Positions 48,845 to 59,994 of a stretch of DNA of 64,000 nt are shown in pieces. The translations under genes were made by a program, and so were the position numbers. Below the pieces are notes generated by a model. That model did not search any database. It had not been told where the DNA came from and was given only the letters and a program-made list of their open reading frames with translations. Numbering within the stretch: position 1 is the first letter of the stretch; each line of letters starts with the position of its first letter. Origin of the DNA: Nitrososphaeria archaeon (GTDB lineage: Archaea; Thermoproteota; Nitrososphaeria; Geothermarchaeales; JDFR-13); the NCBI GenBank assembly GCA_027078545.1, contig JALWXN010000004.1, positions 640,001-704,000 of the forward strand, given 5' to 3'.

Positions 48845-49724
48845 GGAGGGGGATATACTCCACCCCCGGCCTCCTCTGCTGTGCCTGTGGATAGAGATCC
48901 ATCAGCTCATAGATCTCAGGCGGTATCTCAGTCTTCACGTTTAGCCCGAGCTCCCTAGCCTTCTCCGGGGTTATTGGGTAGCTATGTGTCCACTCGCCCC
49001 TCGTCAATATATCGGCGACCTCCCTAGCCCTCTCCTCACCCATCCTATCCCTGAGCAGCTCCGTAATCACCTCCCTCATCTCCCGTATCGACTTCTCCGC
49101 TATATCGGCCAGGACTAGGAACTGGTCACCAGCCTTATCACCCTTCTCCCTAGCCACCTTCACGATGCTGGGGGCCGGCATAGGAGGTGTCTGCCCACCG
49201 AGACCAACCTGTGGATCTAGTGGGCCCAAAACGGCGGACTCGTCCATCCATATCTCGTCAGCAGCCAAGGCTATCAAAGTCCCGCCAGACATCGCGTAGT
49301 GGGGTACGATAACCACCTTCTTGGCGGGATGCTTCTTCAAAGCCCTCGCGATCTGCGACGCCGCTAGTACTAGCCCACCAGGCGTGTGTAGGACCAGCGC
49401 TATAGGCTTGTCTCTAGGCGTAGTCCTTATAGCCCGGAGAACCTCCTCCGAGTCCTCAATATCGATATACCTATAGATCGGTATGCCTAGAAAGCCAACC
49501 CTCTCCTGCCTATGGATCATCGTTATGAAACGCATGCCATACTTCCGCTCCAAGGCACGCAGCATCCCAAGCCTCGCAGCTCTCAGATTCCTAGCCTGGA
49601 TATACGTCGAGAAAGGCATGATGAAGAAGAGGAGCCAGAAGAGCAGCCAGATTATTGAGGTGAAGTCGATACTATCCATCTGTAATGTAAGTCTACCGAT
49701 AAACTCTGGGAGTGGCTGAATCAT
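48810..49724 (-). CDS. SDH-family ClpP-fold serine peptidase, membrane-anchored
   Basis: IHRQE, LHTPGG, AMSGGTLIALAADEI, GPLDPQ and WTHSYPI. Start may be 49679. Confidence 0.9.
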   Translation of the reverse strand: MIQPLPEFIGRLTLQMDSIDFTSIIWLLFWLLFFIMPFSTYIQARNLRAARLGMLRALERKYGMRFITMIHRQERVGFLGIPIYRYIDIEDSEEVLRAIRTTPRDKPIALVLHTPGGLVLAASQIARALKKHPAKKVVIVPHYAMSGGTLIALAADEIWMDESAVLGPLDPQVGLGGQTPPMPAPSIVKVAREKGDKAGDQFLVLADIAEKSIREMREVITELLRDRMGEERAREVADILTRGEWTHSYPITPEKARELGLNVKTEIPPEIYELMDLYPQAQQRRPGVEYIPLPIERGDRPSNP

Positions 49725-49778
49725 GAAATAATTTATCTAGCTTGATGGACTTAAAGTCGGCATATTATCAAGATCTGG

Positions 49779-50963
49779 CTATGGGTTTTCTACGGCTCTC
49801 TGCATTAGTCTGCGGTATACCGTGAATCCTATTATGTAGATTATGACTGCTGTTGATAGTCCGTATATGGCGTCCCATAGGAGGTTGGTGGTTGGTATGT
49901 CGTAGATTATCATGTCCCTCATTGACTTGACTAGTCTGCTGACTGGGTATATGTTGGCGAACTCCCTGAGGTATGTCGGTAGTATGATGTCTGGTATAAC
50001 TATCCCGCCTAGGAACATGAGTGGGAAGGCTATCATGTTGGCTAGGGCGTTGGCTCCCTCAATCGTCTTGGGGAGCATGGAGAGGATTAGGCCTAGGCCG
50101 GTCATGAATAGGCTTCCTATGAGTGAGAAGGCTATTATCACGGCCATCCTGTCGGGGGTCAGCAGTGTATAGTCCGCACCGAGTATGAGCCCGCCTAGGA
50201 CGATCGAGGCTATCGAGACGCCTACAGCTAGGAAGTTGCCCAGCGTGTCTGAGAGTAGCATGGCTGTGCTGCTCATAGGGCTGCTAAGAATGACTTTTAG
50301 GAGGCCCTCCTGCTTCTTCGATATTATGCTCATGACCCCTGTGTATAGCCCTATGAATAGGACCTCGACACCTATCATCGAGATTACCCAGTAGAGGACG
50401 AGGCCACCCCTATTCATCACGACCCTGGGCTCCACACCCTCCGTGACGGTCTTGACAGGGTCTGCTAGGAACCTTACCCAGCCAATCATCTGTTCGGGCA
50501 CCACATTGCTCTCCTCCACAAAGGTGACTATCCCCTCCCGTATCCTGTCCTCGAAGCCGGAGACAACACCCTCCACTATCCTGGCGGCCGTCTCGGAGTC
50601 GCTGATGTTCTCCAGGTAGTAGATCTCGACGCGGCTGGGCATCCTTATATCTCCCTGTTCCGTCACGTTGGCCATGTATACAGCCACGTCTACCGAGCCG
50701 TTCCTAAGCATGTCTAGGGCCTCGTCCCTACTCGAGGCATTGACTATTGATAGGGTCTCTATCTCGAGCATCACGTCCTTCAATAGGTTGTCCTCACCAG
50801 CTACTGCAACCTCCACGGTCACGTCGGATGGGTTTGCGAAGATCGTGGTGAATATTGTTAGGAGTATCAGGGGAAAGACCACTACCCAGAAGGCCACCTC
50901 CTTACTCCTAACAAGGCTCGTGGCGTAGGAGTATACCTGTGCGAGTAGCTGCCATAGACTCAT
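49779..50963 (-). CDS. ABC-2 type exporter permease
   Basis: FWVVVFP, extracellular domain, PLMFLGG..P; 6 TM helices. Confidence 0.88.
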   Translation of the reverse strand: MSLWQLLAQVYSYATSLVRSKEVAFWVVVFPLILLTIFTTIFANPSDVTVEVAVAGEDNLLKDVMLEIETLSIVNASSRDEALDMLRNGSVDVAVYMANVTEQGDIRMPSRVEIYYLENISDSETAARIVEGVVSGFEDRIREGIVTFVEESNVVPEQMIGWVRFLADPVKTVTEGVEPRVVMNRGGLVLYWVISMIGVEVLFIGLYTGVMSIISKKQEGLLKVILSSPMSSTAMLLSDTLGNFLAVGVSIASIVLGGLILGADYTLLTPDRMAVIIAFSLIGSLFMTGLGLILSMLPKTIEGANALANMIAFPLMFLGGIVIPDIILPTYLREFANIYPVSRLVKSMRDMIIYDIPTTNLLWDAIYGLSTAVIIYIIGFTVYRRLMQRAVENP

Positions 50964-51865
50964 GACAACTTCTCACCCGTCAGGGATATGAATACCTCTG
51001 AGAGGCTGGGCTCAACCACCTCTATCCTGGTGAACCTGACGCCCCTCTCCCTCAGGGCGTGTACGATATCCTCAACAGTCAGCCTCTCCAGTGGGTAGCG
51101 GTACATCATGCCCACCTTCTCAGGCTCCACCCCATCTATTGCCGGGGCCTCCCCCTCGGGTATGAGTACGGCGGCCTTGGGGTGGGGCATATACCGCTTC
51201 TTAAGCTCCTCGGGCTCACCCTTCTCGATCACCCTCCCCCGATGCATTATGTAGACCTGTGTAGCGAACCTCTCGACCTCCTCCCCATCGTGGCTGGAGA
51301 AGACTATGAGCCTATCCCCCCAATGTGTAATGAGTAGGGACCACAGCTCCTCCCGGGCCTTGGGGTCTAGGCCTGAAGCCGGCTCGTCGAAAACCAGTAT
51401 CTCGGGGTCGTGTATCAATGCGGCTGCTATGGCGAGCCTCCTCCTCATACCCCCGCTCAGCTTCGAAACCTGCCTGTTACGGGCCTCCCACAGTCCAACA
51501 GCCTCGAGGAGCTCCTTGCCACGCCTCTTAGACTCGAATATTGAGAGGCCGTGTAGGAGGCCGTAGTAGACGAGGTTGTTCATAGCGGTTAAGTGTTTGT
51601 AGAAGGGCATGTCCTGGGGGGCGAAGCCTATGAGCCTCCTAGCCTCCACCCAGCCGTCCCCCCACATCGAGTACCCCTTAACCAGTACCTCCCCGGCATC
51701 GGGCTTGAGGCTCCCAGTAATCATGGAGAGGGTCGTCGTCTTACCACTCCCATTTGGACCCATTAGGGCGTATATCCCCCTATCCATCTCGAGGTCGACA
51801 TTCTCGACAGCAACGACGCCGGATGGATACTTTTTCCTGAGGCCCCGGGCGACTAGGAGAGACAT
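50960..51865 (-). CDS. ABC exporter ATP-binding protein
   Basis: GPNGSGKTT, LSGGMRRR, FDEP and SH. ATG 51865 is preferred over 52003. Confidence 0.92.
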   Translation of the reverse strand: MSLLVARGLRKKYPSGVVAVENVDLEMDRGIYALMGPNGSGKTTTLSMITGSLKPDAGEVLVKGYSMWGDGWVEARRLIGFAPQDMPFYKHLTAMNNLVYYGLLHGLSIFESKRRGKELLEAVGLWEARNRQVSKLSGGMRRRLAIAAALIHDPEILVFDEPASGLDPKAREELWSLLITHWGDRLIVFSSHDGEEVERFATQVYIMHRGRVIEKGEPEELKKRYMPHPKAAVLIPEGEAPAIDGVEPEKVGMMYRYPLERLTVEDIVHALRERGVRFTRIEVVEPSLSEVFISLTGEKLS

Positions 51866-51925
51866 ATAATTATTACCCCCAGCCCCGTGACGCATATATT
51901 CCCATCTCGATAAATATAAAAAGCC

Positions 51926-51945
51926 TTGTCGAGTATGCTCGACAA
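51926..51945. repeat. Perfect 8-bp inverted repeat TTGTCGAG-TATG-CTCGACAA (operator or hairpin)
   Basis: Seen directly; adjacent to the minus-strand TTTTATATTTA element upstream of the ABC operon. Confidence 0.6.
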
Positions 51946-52238
51946 AGGGTTTAGGGACTAGCCAATACAGATACTTCCTCAGCACCTCCGGCTCTCTAAG
52001 CATCTCTCTGCAACGATTATGTGGACGATGCTTAGCATGATCCTGGCTACGAGTAGTAATTGATCTCCCTCGAGGTTCTCAATAGCATCGAGTAATATGG
52101 ACATCGGTGGCAGCATGAGATCTTTAGATATGTGGAGCCGTCTCCTCATCTCGTACTAGGAAGGGTTGAAAGTAGTGGCTCGGCAAGCCTAGTAAGGATG
52201 TATCATCTATCTATTGGGACTATGCATCAAAGTATTTC

Positions 52239-53096
52239 TTGGGGATGGGTGTGAGGATTGGGGCTAAGGACGCCTTCTATATCTCGATAATACTCGTCCT
52301 ACTCCTGATCAATATCGCCCAGTACTTCAACGTCACCAACCTCCTATCGGCCTATGAGGATCTGAGTAGTGAGTATACCATGCTTAGTGAGAGGTATCGC
52401 GAGTTGATGGGCTATGTTGCTGATCTCCAGCGTCTGAACCCGGAGGTCGTCGAGACGGCTGAGGGCTGGGAGGTGAACTGGTGGATCGTCGGCGTGGCCT
52501 ATGTGGGTGGTGAGGTTAGGGGGGCTGTCCTCCCCTTCACGATGAGGCTCCTCCCCGGGGCTGGGCGGATATTCATCAATATAGATACCCCTGTCGGGAT
52601 CGATATGCAGGAGAGCCTCCTCATAGCTAGGGAGCTTGTTAGGCGGAGCGGCCTCGTCGATATCGACCTGGATAGGTATGACATATACCTTGAGATTAGG
52701 GGTGGTAGCCTGGCTGCGGCTGTCGAGGGGCCGAGCGCGGGCCTAGCCATGGCCATCGCGTTGGCTGCCATAGCGCTGGAGGACCTCTCCCTAGAGGGTG
52801 TATGTGCTACTGGGGCGCTTAACTATTATGGGGGTGTGGAGAAGGTTGGGGCGGTCTTGGAGAAGAGTATCGCCTGTGCAGAGGCTGGGGCTGAGCTAAT
52901 AATTGTTCCCCAGGGCCAGTCAAGGGTCGTCGAGTATATAGATAGGGCTGTTGAGATCCTGCCCGGCCTAACAATGACTATCCGTCAACCTGTCGAGGTG
53001 GAGCTGGAGGAGAGGCTCAGGGAGCTGGGCTACTCCGTCGAGGTGGTTGAGGTCTCATCCCTTGACGAGGCCATATCACTCCTGAGGAATAGGTAG
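52239..53096 (+). CDS. Archaeal S16 (Lon protease-domain) serine protease with N-terminal TM anchor
   Basis: VEGPSAG (catalytic Ser), ATG, VGAVLEK (Lys dyad) and VPQGQ; no AAA domain. Confidence 0.85.
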   Translation: MGMGVRIGAKDAFYISIILVLLLINIAQYFNVTNLLSAYEDLSSEYTMLSERYRELMGYVADLQRLNPEVVETAEGWEVNWWIVGVAYVGGEVRGAVLPFTMRLLPGAGRIFINIDTPVGIDMQESLLIARELVRRSGLVDIDLDRYDIYLEIRGGSLAAAVEGPSAGLAMAIALAAIALEDLSLEGVCATGALNYYGGVEKVGAVLEKSIACAEAGAELIIVPQGQSRVVEYIDRAVEILPGLTMTIRQPVEVELEERLRELGYSVEVVEVSSLDEAISLLRNR

Positions 53097-53773
53097 GGCC
53101 TAAGCTCTGGCGATGCAGAAGCCAACGCCCTGGCCACGGCCAGGTATATCGCCGCAGCGGCTAACGCCATCAAGAGCCTCTCAACGGGGTAGACCAGGGC
53201 TGTTGCGATCCATATACCTTTGAAGCTCTCGGCCTCAGGGATTATCACTGGGTAGTATAGGAGCATGAAGAGGAGTGTCCCACCGGCCTGTCCAGCCAGG
53301 GCGGCCAGGAGAGTTGTTGATAGCCAGCCATGCCTTGGTAGGAAGGTGTTTGTAGCTATGTATATCACTAGGCCTAGGATGTGGAACCATGGGTGTAGGG
53401 GGTATGTCCATAGAGGACCTACTGGTGGGTAGGCTATGTATAGTGCTAGAACCGGGATGTATATGGCTAGGGGCGTCTTCCATCCATATCTATAGAGTGA
53501 CGCCACCGTAGCACCTATAGTCGCGGGTATGAAGCCTAGTAGGTGGAATGGCGGCCTGGGATTCAGTGTAGAGGCTACTGCCTCGCCTATGGCTACTGAG
53601 GGGATGGATATCCAGGGTGGGAACAGTAGGGACAGGGCTATAACCACCGCCTGTGAGATGTTTATCACCGCCCCCTCAACACCTATGACGGGGAAGCCCA
53701 GCGGTATTAACTTCAGAACTAGGAATAGCGCCGCTAATATCGAGGTCAACGCCACCTTTAGACTGAGCCTCAT
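53030..53773 (-). CDS. Membrane protein, ECF transporter S-component-like
   Basis: ~7 TM helices; KVALTSILAAL...P..FPVIG and YPVER. Confidence 0.6.
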   Translation of the reverse strand: MRLSLKVALTSILAALFLVLKLIPLGFPVIGVEGAVINISQAVVIALSLLFPPWISIPSVAIGEAVASTLNPRPPFHLLGFIPATIGATVASLYRYGWKTPLAIYIPVLALYIAYPPVGPLWTYPLHPWFHILGLVIYIATNTFLPRHGWLSTTLLAALAGQAGGTLLFMLLYYPVIIPEAESFKGIWIATALVYPVERLLMALAAAAIYLAVARALASASPELRPYLFLRSDMASSRDETSTTSTE

Positions 53774-53870
53774 CAGATAGCTAATATATCACGTCTTGGG
53801 GGAATAATCGGTAGGCAATAAAATATTTCTCCTGACGAGTGATGGTTAATAAAAAATAGATTTTCGGGGG

Positions 53871-56570
53871 CTATGCCCCGGTAGACTTGATGATCTTCCT
53901 TAGGACGTAGTGGAGTATACCGCCGTTCCTATAGTAGTCCACCTCCACCCAGCTGTCGAGCCTAGCCATCACCCTGAACTCCGTCTTTGACCCGTCATCC
54001 CTAATCGCCTCCACCCTAAGAATCTTCTGTGGCTCCAGCCCGGATGAGATACCCCTGATGTTGTATACCTCGCTCCCGTCCAGGCCGAGGCTCTCCCTAT
54101 TCTCACCGTCCATGAACTGTAGTGGGAGTATCGCCATGCCTATAAGGTTGCTCCTGTGTATCCTCTCGAAGCTCTCGGCTATCACGGCCTTGACGCCTAG
54201 GAGCGCCGGGCCCTTGGCTGCCCAGTCACGGCTGCTCCCGACTCCATAGTTCTTACCCGCTATGACTATGAGGGGTGTACCCTCAGCCTTATACCTCATG
54301 GCGGCGTCGTAGACCGTTGTAACCTCCCTTGTCGGCCAGTACACGGTGTATCCACCCTCCCTATCGACGAGGAGGTTCCTGATCTTCGGGTTGGCGAATG
54401 TACCCCTCATCATGACCTCGTGGTTACCCCTCCTGGCCCCATAGGTCCCGAACTTGCTCGGCGGGACTCCTAGGCTGAGTAGGTACTGCCCAGCCGGGCT
54501 GTCCACGGGTATTGGGCCTGCCGGGCTTATATGGTCTGTCGATACCCTGTCACCCAGCATTACTAGTACCCTTGCACCTAGTATATCCTCAGGCTCCCTG
54601 ACCTCGGGTGTGAAGCCCTCGAAGAAGGGCGGCTTCTTTATGAATGTGGACTTCTCGTCCCAGTCATAGTATATCGTGTCCGGCGCATCTATCCTCTTCC
54701 ACCTCTCTGGGCCTTCATAGACATTCTTATACTTCTCCTTGTATAGCTCGGGCTTGACATACTTGCTGATATACTCCGCTATCTCCTCCTGGCTCGGCCA
54801 TATGTCTCTCAGGTATACAGGCTTCCCATCGGGCCTGGTGCCTATCGGCTCGTTATAGGGATCCCAGTTGATGTATCCCTTTATGGCGTAGGCAACCACC
54901 ATGATCGGGCTGGCCAGGAAGTTGCCTGCCGTGAGTGGATGTACCCTCCCGAGGAAGTTACGGTTACCGCTCAGGACCGCTGCAGAATATAGGTTGTTCT
55001 CCCTGATAGCGTCCTCTACAGGCTTGAGGAGTGGCCCAGCATTGCCTATACATGTGGTGCATCCAAAGGCTACTACGTGGTAGCCCAGTGCCTCTAGATA
55101 GGGCATCAGGCCGCCGTTGGATAGGTAGCTGGGTACTACGCTACTCCCAGGTGCGAAGCTCGTCTTGACCCATGGCTTCGTCCTGAGGCCCTCCTGGACA
55201 GCGTTCCTAGCGAGTAGCCCAGCCCCGACCAGGACGCCTGGGTTAGAGGTGTTGGTACAGCTGGTTATGGAGGATATCACTACTACGCCGTCCCTTATGA
55301 GGTAGTCTACATCCCCTATCCTCACGGTTGCCGAGCCACGCGACTTCTTCGCCCTCCTATACTCCTCGATAAGCTTCTCAACCTCCTCCTTCGCCCTCTC
55401 CAGCGGTATCCTGTCCTCGGGGTTGGCCGGCCCAGCTATGCTTGGCTCCACATCTCCAAGGTCTATCCTGAGCCTATATGGATACTCCGGCTCCACACCC
55501 TCCTCGTAGAAGAGTCCCTGTAGCCTGGTATACTCCTCGACTAGCCTTATCAGGGCGGGATCCCTGCCAGTTATCCTGAGGTACTCCAGGGTATGCCTAT
55601 CCACTGGGAAGAAGCCCGTGGTTGCTCCGTACTCTGGGGCCATGTTTGAGACTGTCGTCCTGTCAAATGCTAGTAGCTGGTTCAGCCCCTCGCCGTAGAA
55701 CTCGACTATCCTCCCTACAGTCGGGATCCCAGCCCGTTTCCTGAGATACTCGGTGATGTATAGGACTATATCCGTGGCCGTGACCCCCTCCCTAGGCTCG
55801 CCTACAAGCTCTACACCGATCACCTCGGGTAGGATCATGTAGTATGGCTCCCCCAGTAGGACTGCCTCAGCCTCTATACCGCCCACTCCCCATGCTAGGA
55901 CGCCTATACCACTCACCATCGGTGTATGGCTATCCGTCCCTATCAATGTGTCTGGGAAGGCGTAGAGCTCCCCATCAACCTCCTGGGTAGCAACAACCTT
56001 CGCCAGGTACTCGATATTCACCTGGTGCACAATGCCGACGCCGGCCGGGACTATCTTCAGCCTCTTAAAGGCCTTCTGGGCCCACTTCAGGATCCTATAC
56101 CTCTCCTCGTAGAGGCTGAACTCGGACATTATATTTAGCTGTAGAGCCTCCCTGAAGCCATAGTAGTCGACCCTTACGCTATGATCCACCACGAGGTGTG
56201 CATCCAGGAATGTATCCACCTTCTCCGGTGGAACCCCATACCTGGCGGCCTCGTCCCTCAGCGTTGCCAGGTCGACTATGAGTGGGACGCCTGTATAGTC
56301 CTGCATGAGGACTCGGTAGGGCATGTAGGGTATCGTCTCCCTACCCATGCTCCTCCTCCAGTTGACGACCTTCTCTAGATCCTCCTCGGTCACCTTGTAG
56401 CCATCCATCTTCCTCAGGATATTCTCGATGAATATCTTGGTTGTGAATGGGGCCTTGGAGACGTCTCCGTAGCCGGTCTCTTCCAGCCTGTCTAGCCGGA
56501 ATATTCTATACTTCTCGCCGTCTACAACGAGTTCCTCACGTGTAACCTCGACGGCCTCGGCCATACCCAA
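53871..56570 (-). CDS. acnA: Aconitate hydratase A
   Basis: QDYTGVP, DHS, GTDSHT, TSCTNTSNP, CTTCIGN, TDHISPAG and GSSRDWAAKG. Confidence 0.97.
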   Translation of the reverse strand: MGMAEAVEVTREELVVDGEKYRIFRLDRLEETGYGDVSKAPFTTKIFIENILRKMDGYKVTEEDLEKVVNWRRSMGRETIPYMPYRVLMQDYTGVPLIVDLATLRDEAARYGVPPEKVDTFLDAHLVVDHSVRVDYYGFREALQLNIMSEFSLYEERYRILKWAQKAFKRLKIVPAGVGIVHQVNIEYLAKVVATQEVDGELYAFPDTLIGTDSHTPMVSGIGVLAWGVGGIEAEAVLLGEPYYMILPEVIGVELVGEPREGVTATDIVLYITEYLRKRAGIPTVGRIVEFYGEGLNQLLAFDRTTVSNMAPEYGATTGFFPVDRHTLEYLRITGRDPALIRLVEEYTRLQGLFYEEGVEPEYPYRLRIDLGDVEPSIAGPANPEDRIPLERAKEEVEKLIEEYRRAKKSRGSATVRIGDVDYLIRDGVVVISSITSCTNTSNPGVLVGAGLLARNAVQEGLRTKPWVKTSFAPGSSVVPSYLSNGGLMPYLEALGYHVVAFGCTTCIGNAGPLLKPVEDAIRENNLYSAAVLSGNRNFLGRVHPLTAGNFLASPIMVVAYAIKGYINWDPYNEPIGTRPDGKPVYLRDIWPSQEEIAEYISKYVKPELYKEKYKNVYEGPERWKRIDAPDTIYYDWDEKSTFIKKPPFFEGFTPEVREPEDILGARVLVMLGDRVSTDHISPAGPIPVDSPAGQYLLSLGVPPSKFGTYGARRGNHEVMMRGTFANPKIRNLLVDREGGYTVYWPTREVTTVYDAAMRYKAEGTPLIVIAGKNYGVGSSRDWAAKGPALLGVKAVIAESFERIHRSNLIGMAILPLQFMDGENRESLGLDGSEVYNIRGISSGLEPQKILRVEAIRDDGSKTEFRVMARLDSWVEVDYYRNGGILHYVLRKIIKSTGA

Positions 56571-56597
56571 GACTGTTCACCCAGTATTCATAGGCTT

Positions 56598-57074
56598 CTA
56601 CCTAGATATTAATGCTAGGATATCGACCCCGGCTAGGCGGAAGTAGTATATCGTGAGGGCCAAGGCGCCTAGGAGCATCAACCCCCTGTTCACATACTTG
56701 TTGTCCGACCTGAATAGCCTGAGGGATACCTGCCAATGGCTGAGTGGGTAGAAGGGCTTCAGCGGGGTATAGGTGAGTATGTCCCCCAGTATGTGGAGCC
56801 CTTGGGCCGTGAAGAGTATTATGAATCCATAGATGAAGCCTGGGCCGAAATAGCTGGTTAGGGCTCCACCCAGTATGGAGACTATGAATGCAGTCACGTA
56901 GGAGTGGGTCACACCCCTATGCCTGATCCTGAGCCTGAGGTCGAGGTCCGGTATGAAGGATAGGGCCGCGGCTATGAGCCCCATAGCCACGTATTCCCAG
57001 CCATCGATGGAGAGGATGTATAGGGCTGTGAAGTAGACTAGGAGTGTGAATCCGAAGTGGCCGTCCCTATCCAT
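56598..57074 (-). CDS. Membrane metal-dependent hydrolase (YdjM/DUF457 family)
   Basis: GH, PDLD, HRGVTHS and HILGD motifs. Confidence 0.88.
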   Translation of the reverse strand: MDRDGHFGFTLLVYFTALYILSIDGWEYVAMGLIAAALSFIPDLDLRLRIRHRGVTHSYVTAFIVSILGGALTSYFGPGFIYGFIILFTAQGLHILGDILTYTPLKPFYPLSHWQVSLRLFRSDNKYVNRGLMLLGALALTIYYFRLAGVDILALISR

Positions 57075-57176
57075 TCCAAAATATCTCTATGCCTCCCCAG
57101 CCCTATTTAGCGGGCATAGGTATAGAGTGTTTAGACACTCCTTGTTTAACAAGGGGGAGGCATCAAGTATTATGCA

Positions 57177-58493
57177 ATGAAGTACATGGGTGTGGCTGGG
57201 AAATACTTTCTCGATACTGGCCATAGGTTCCAGCGGGAGATAATCTGGGCGATGGGGGCGATCAAGGCGGCCGCTGCCAAGGCGAACAATGAGCTGGGGC
57301 TCCTGGATGACCAGAGGGCAGAGGCTATATACAGGATCGCGAAGAGGCTGATGGATGGTGAGCTTGACGATGAGATAACGGTTGACGTATTCCAGACGGG
57401 GAGTGGGACCGGGCTCAACATGAATGTGAACGAGGTCATTGCTAAGTATGCCTCGGAGGAGTCGGGCCTCGATATACATCCCAACAACCATGTAAACATG
57501 AGCCAGAGCTCCAACGACGTGGTGCCCACAGCTATTAGGCTGGCCGCCCTTAAGAGGCTAGAGTCTTTCAGGGAGGTCTATGTAGAGTTCCTAAACTCCT
57601 TGAAACGGGCCTCGAGGAGCTTCTCCGACGTGGTCAAGCCGGGTAGGACGCATCTCAGGGATGCCCTCCCCGTCACGCTCGGCCAGGAGCTCGAGGGCTT
57701 CATGGAGAGCCTAGCCAAGGACTTGTCGATGCTGGAGAGGGCTGCCGAGGATCTGAAGGAGCTCCCACTGGGAGGGACGGCTGTCGGGACGGGCTTCAAT
57801 ACCCATGAGGAGTACATCCCCACGGTCTTCAAGCATCTAAGGGAGGTCACTGGGATGGATCTCAGGCCTGCTGGGAGTAGGTTCAGGGGTATCAAGCTAC
57901 TCACCGATGTGAAGACCCTGAGCTCGATACTCGCCTCGGTGGCCCTCGACCTCTATAGGCTCTCACAGGATATTAGGCTGATGTTCTCAGGCCCCTTCAC
58001 AGGGCTGAACGAGATAGATATCCCGATGGAGATCGCTGGGAGCAGCATGATGCCCGGTAAGACCAACCCGGTGACTGTCGAGGCTGTACTCCAGGCCTCT
58101 GCCTATGTCATGGGGCTTGACCACGCCAACCAGGTCGCTGGTATGCTTGGGGAGCTGGAGCTCAGCATGGGGATACCACTGATGGGCCACAACATCATAG
58201 AGATGATGGATATACTCTCAACGTCAATGTCCAAGCTCGCAGCCAACGCCCTCGACATAATGGTGCCTAGGAGGGAGTATCTAGAGGAGCAGGCCAGGAA
58301 GAGCCCCGCACTGGTCACTGCGTTGGTCCCCATCATAGGGTATGACAAGGCTGCGGAGCTGGGTAGGAAGATCCAGGAGGGCATGGATCTGGTCGAGGCC
58401 CTCAAGAGACTTGGCTATGGCGATGAGGAGATCAGGAAGCTCCTCGACGTGAGGCGGATGACTAGGCCGGGTATCTATGTTTTGGAGGATTAG
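57177..58493 (+). CDS. fumC: Class II fumarate hydratase (crenarchaeal-type short N-terminus)
   Basis: QTGSGT..NMN.NEV, HPNNHVN.SQSSND, GRTH and GSSMMPGKTNP. Confidence 0.92.
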   Translation: MKYMGVAGKYFLDTGHRFQREIIWAMGAIKAAAAKANNELGLLDDQRAEAIYRIAKRLMDGELDDEITVDVFQTGSGTGLNMNVNEVIAKYASEESGLDIHPNNHVNMSQSSNDVVPTAIRLAALKRLESFREVYVEFLNSLKRASRSFSDVVKPGRTHLRDALPVTLGQELEGFMESLAKDLSMLERAAEDLKELPLGGTAVGTGFNTHEEYIPTVFKHLREVTGMDLRPAGSRFRGIKLLTDVKTLSSILASVALDLYRLSQDIRLMFSGPFTGLNEIDIPMEIAGSSMMPGKTNPVTVEAVLQASAYVMGLDHANQVAGMLGELELSMGIPLMGHNIIEMMDILSTSMSKLAANALDIMVPRREYLEEQARKSPALVTALVPIIGYDKAAELGRKIQEGMDLVEALKRLGYGDEEIRKLLDVRRMTRPGIYVLED

Positions 58494-58546
58494 GCCGGGC
58501 CTTAGTATTTAAACATCCCACTCCCTATTTTTTACAAGGGATTCCC

Positions 58547-59992
58547 TTGAGGATAGCCGATGGGCAGGGACTCACCTTCGACGATGTACTGCTCAAGCCT
58601 AGGCTGAGCAGGGTTAGGAGCCGGTCAGAGGTCGACACCTCCACATGGTTCACGAGGCGTATCAGGCTCAACATACCCCTCGTCTCCTCACCCATGGACA
58701 CGGTTACTGAGCATATGATGGCCATCGCCCTGGCGAGGCTGGGTGGGATAGGGATTATACACCGCTTCACATCGATAGAGAGGCAGGTCGCGGAGATCCG
58801 TAAGGTGAAGAGGGCGGAGAACATCGTTATACGCGACCCCTACAGCATCTCGCCAGACGCCACTGTGGGTGAGGCCCGTAGACTCATGGAGGAGAAGGGT
58901 GTAAGCGGCCTCCTAGTAGTTGGTGAGGACGGCAGGCTGAAGGGGATCGTTACGAGTAGGGATATCCTCTTCCAGGGTGACGACGTCCCTGTGAGGGAGG
59001 TTATGACGCCTCGTGAGAGGCTTGTCGTGGCCCATGAGGAGATAGACCTCGAGTCTGCTAAGAAGCTCCTCTGGAGGCATAGGGTGGAGAAGCTCCCCAT
59101 AGTCGATGAGGAGTGGAGGGTTAAGGGGTTGATCACGGCTGCAGACATCATCAAGAAGATCAGGTATCCCAACGCGGCTAGGGATAGGAAGGGCCGTCTA
59201 CTCGTCGGGGCCGCTGTGGGTATTAGGGGAGACTATCTCGAGAGGGCGGAGAAGCTTTATGAGGCGGAGGCCGACGTCCTGGTTATAGACGTTGCACATG
59301 GCCATATGGAGCGTGCCCTCGAGGTTATCAAGGAGCTGAAGAAGGCCTTCGGGGAGGATATCGACGTGGTTGGTGGGAACATAGCCACCTATGAGGGTGC
59401 ACGTGACGTCATAGCGATGGGCTCCGACGCTGTGAGGGTCGGGATAGGCCCAGGCTCAACATGCACGACGAGGATAGTGGCCGGCGTGGGTGTGCCTCAG
59501 CTCACAGCGATTATGGAAGCCTATAGGGCCGCGTCCGAGGCCGATGTACCGGTGATAGCTGATGGCGGGATCAGGAATCCTGGGGATGTGGTCAAGGCAT
59601 TGGCCGCCGGGGCCTCGACCGTTATGATAGGTGGGCTCTTCGCGGGTACCGACGAGTCGCCGGGCCCGATAGTCCTGAGGAATGGTAAGAGGTATAAGGT
59701 CTTCAGGGGTATGGCGAGCCTATCGGCGAGGGTTGGTAAGGAGGCCGTCACGAAGGGTGTGGAGGATACGGAGGTGGCTGAGTATAGCTACTCGACGGAG
59801 GGTGTGGAGGCCTTCGTGGAGTATAAGGGGAGTGTGGAGGACATTGTTAAGAGGCTCGTGGCTGGGCTACGCTCAGGGATGAGCTACCTAGGGGCATTCG
59901 ATATTGAGGAGCTTAGGTTGAATGCAGAGTTCATCGTGATCTCCGGTGCAAGTATTAGGGAGAGCTATCCCCACGACGTCATACTCTGGTAG
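58547..59992 (+). CDS. guaB: IMP dehydrogenase
   Basis: [17 protein letters not shown] pair, [21 protein letters not shown] and EGVE. Confidence 0.96.
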   Translation: MRIADGQGLTFDDVLLKPRLSRVRSRSEVDTSTWFTRRIRLNIPLVSSPMDTVTEHMMAIALARLGGIGIIHRFTSIERQVAEIRKVKRAENIVIRDPYSISPDATVGEARRLMEEKGVSGLLVVGEDGRLKGIVTSRDILFQGDDVPVREVMTPRERLVVAHEEIDLESAKKLLWRHRVEKLPIVDEEWRVKGLITAADIIKKIRYPNAARDRKGRLLVGAAVGIRGDYLERAEKLYEAEADVLVIDVAHGHMERALEVIKELKKAFGEDIDVVGGNIATYEGARDVIAMGSDAVRVGIGPGSTCTTRIVAGVGVPQLTAIMEAYRAASEADVPVIADGGIRNPGDVVKALAAGASTVMIGGLFAGTDESPGPIVLRNGKRYKVFRGMASLSARVGKEAVTKGVEDTEVAEYSYSTEGVEAFVEYKGSVEDIVKRLVAGLRSGMSYLGAFDIEELRLNAEFIVISGASIRESYPHDVILW

Positions 59993-59994
59993 TT

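Noticed and set aside
57177-57260. FumC appears N-terminally truncated relative to bacterial FumC
   Set aside because: The short MKY...F..TG..F.R.IIWAMG start is the normal crenarchaeal form; not a pseudogene.
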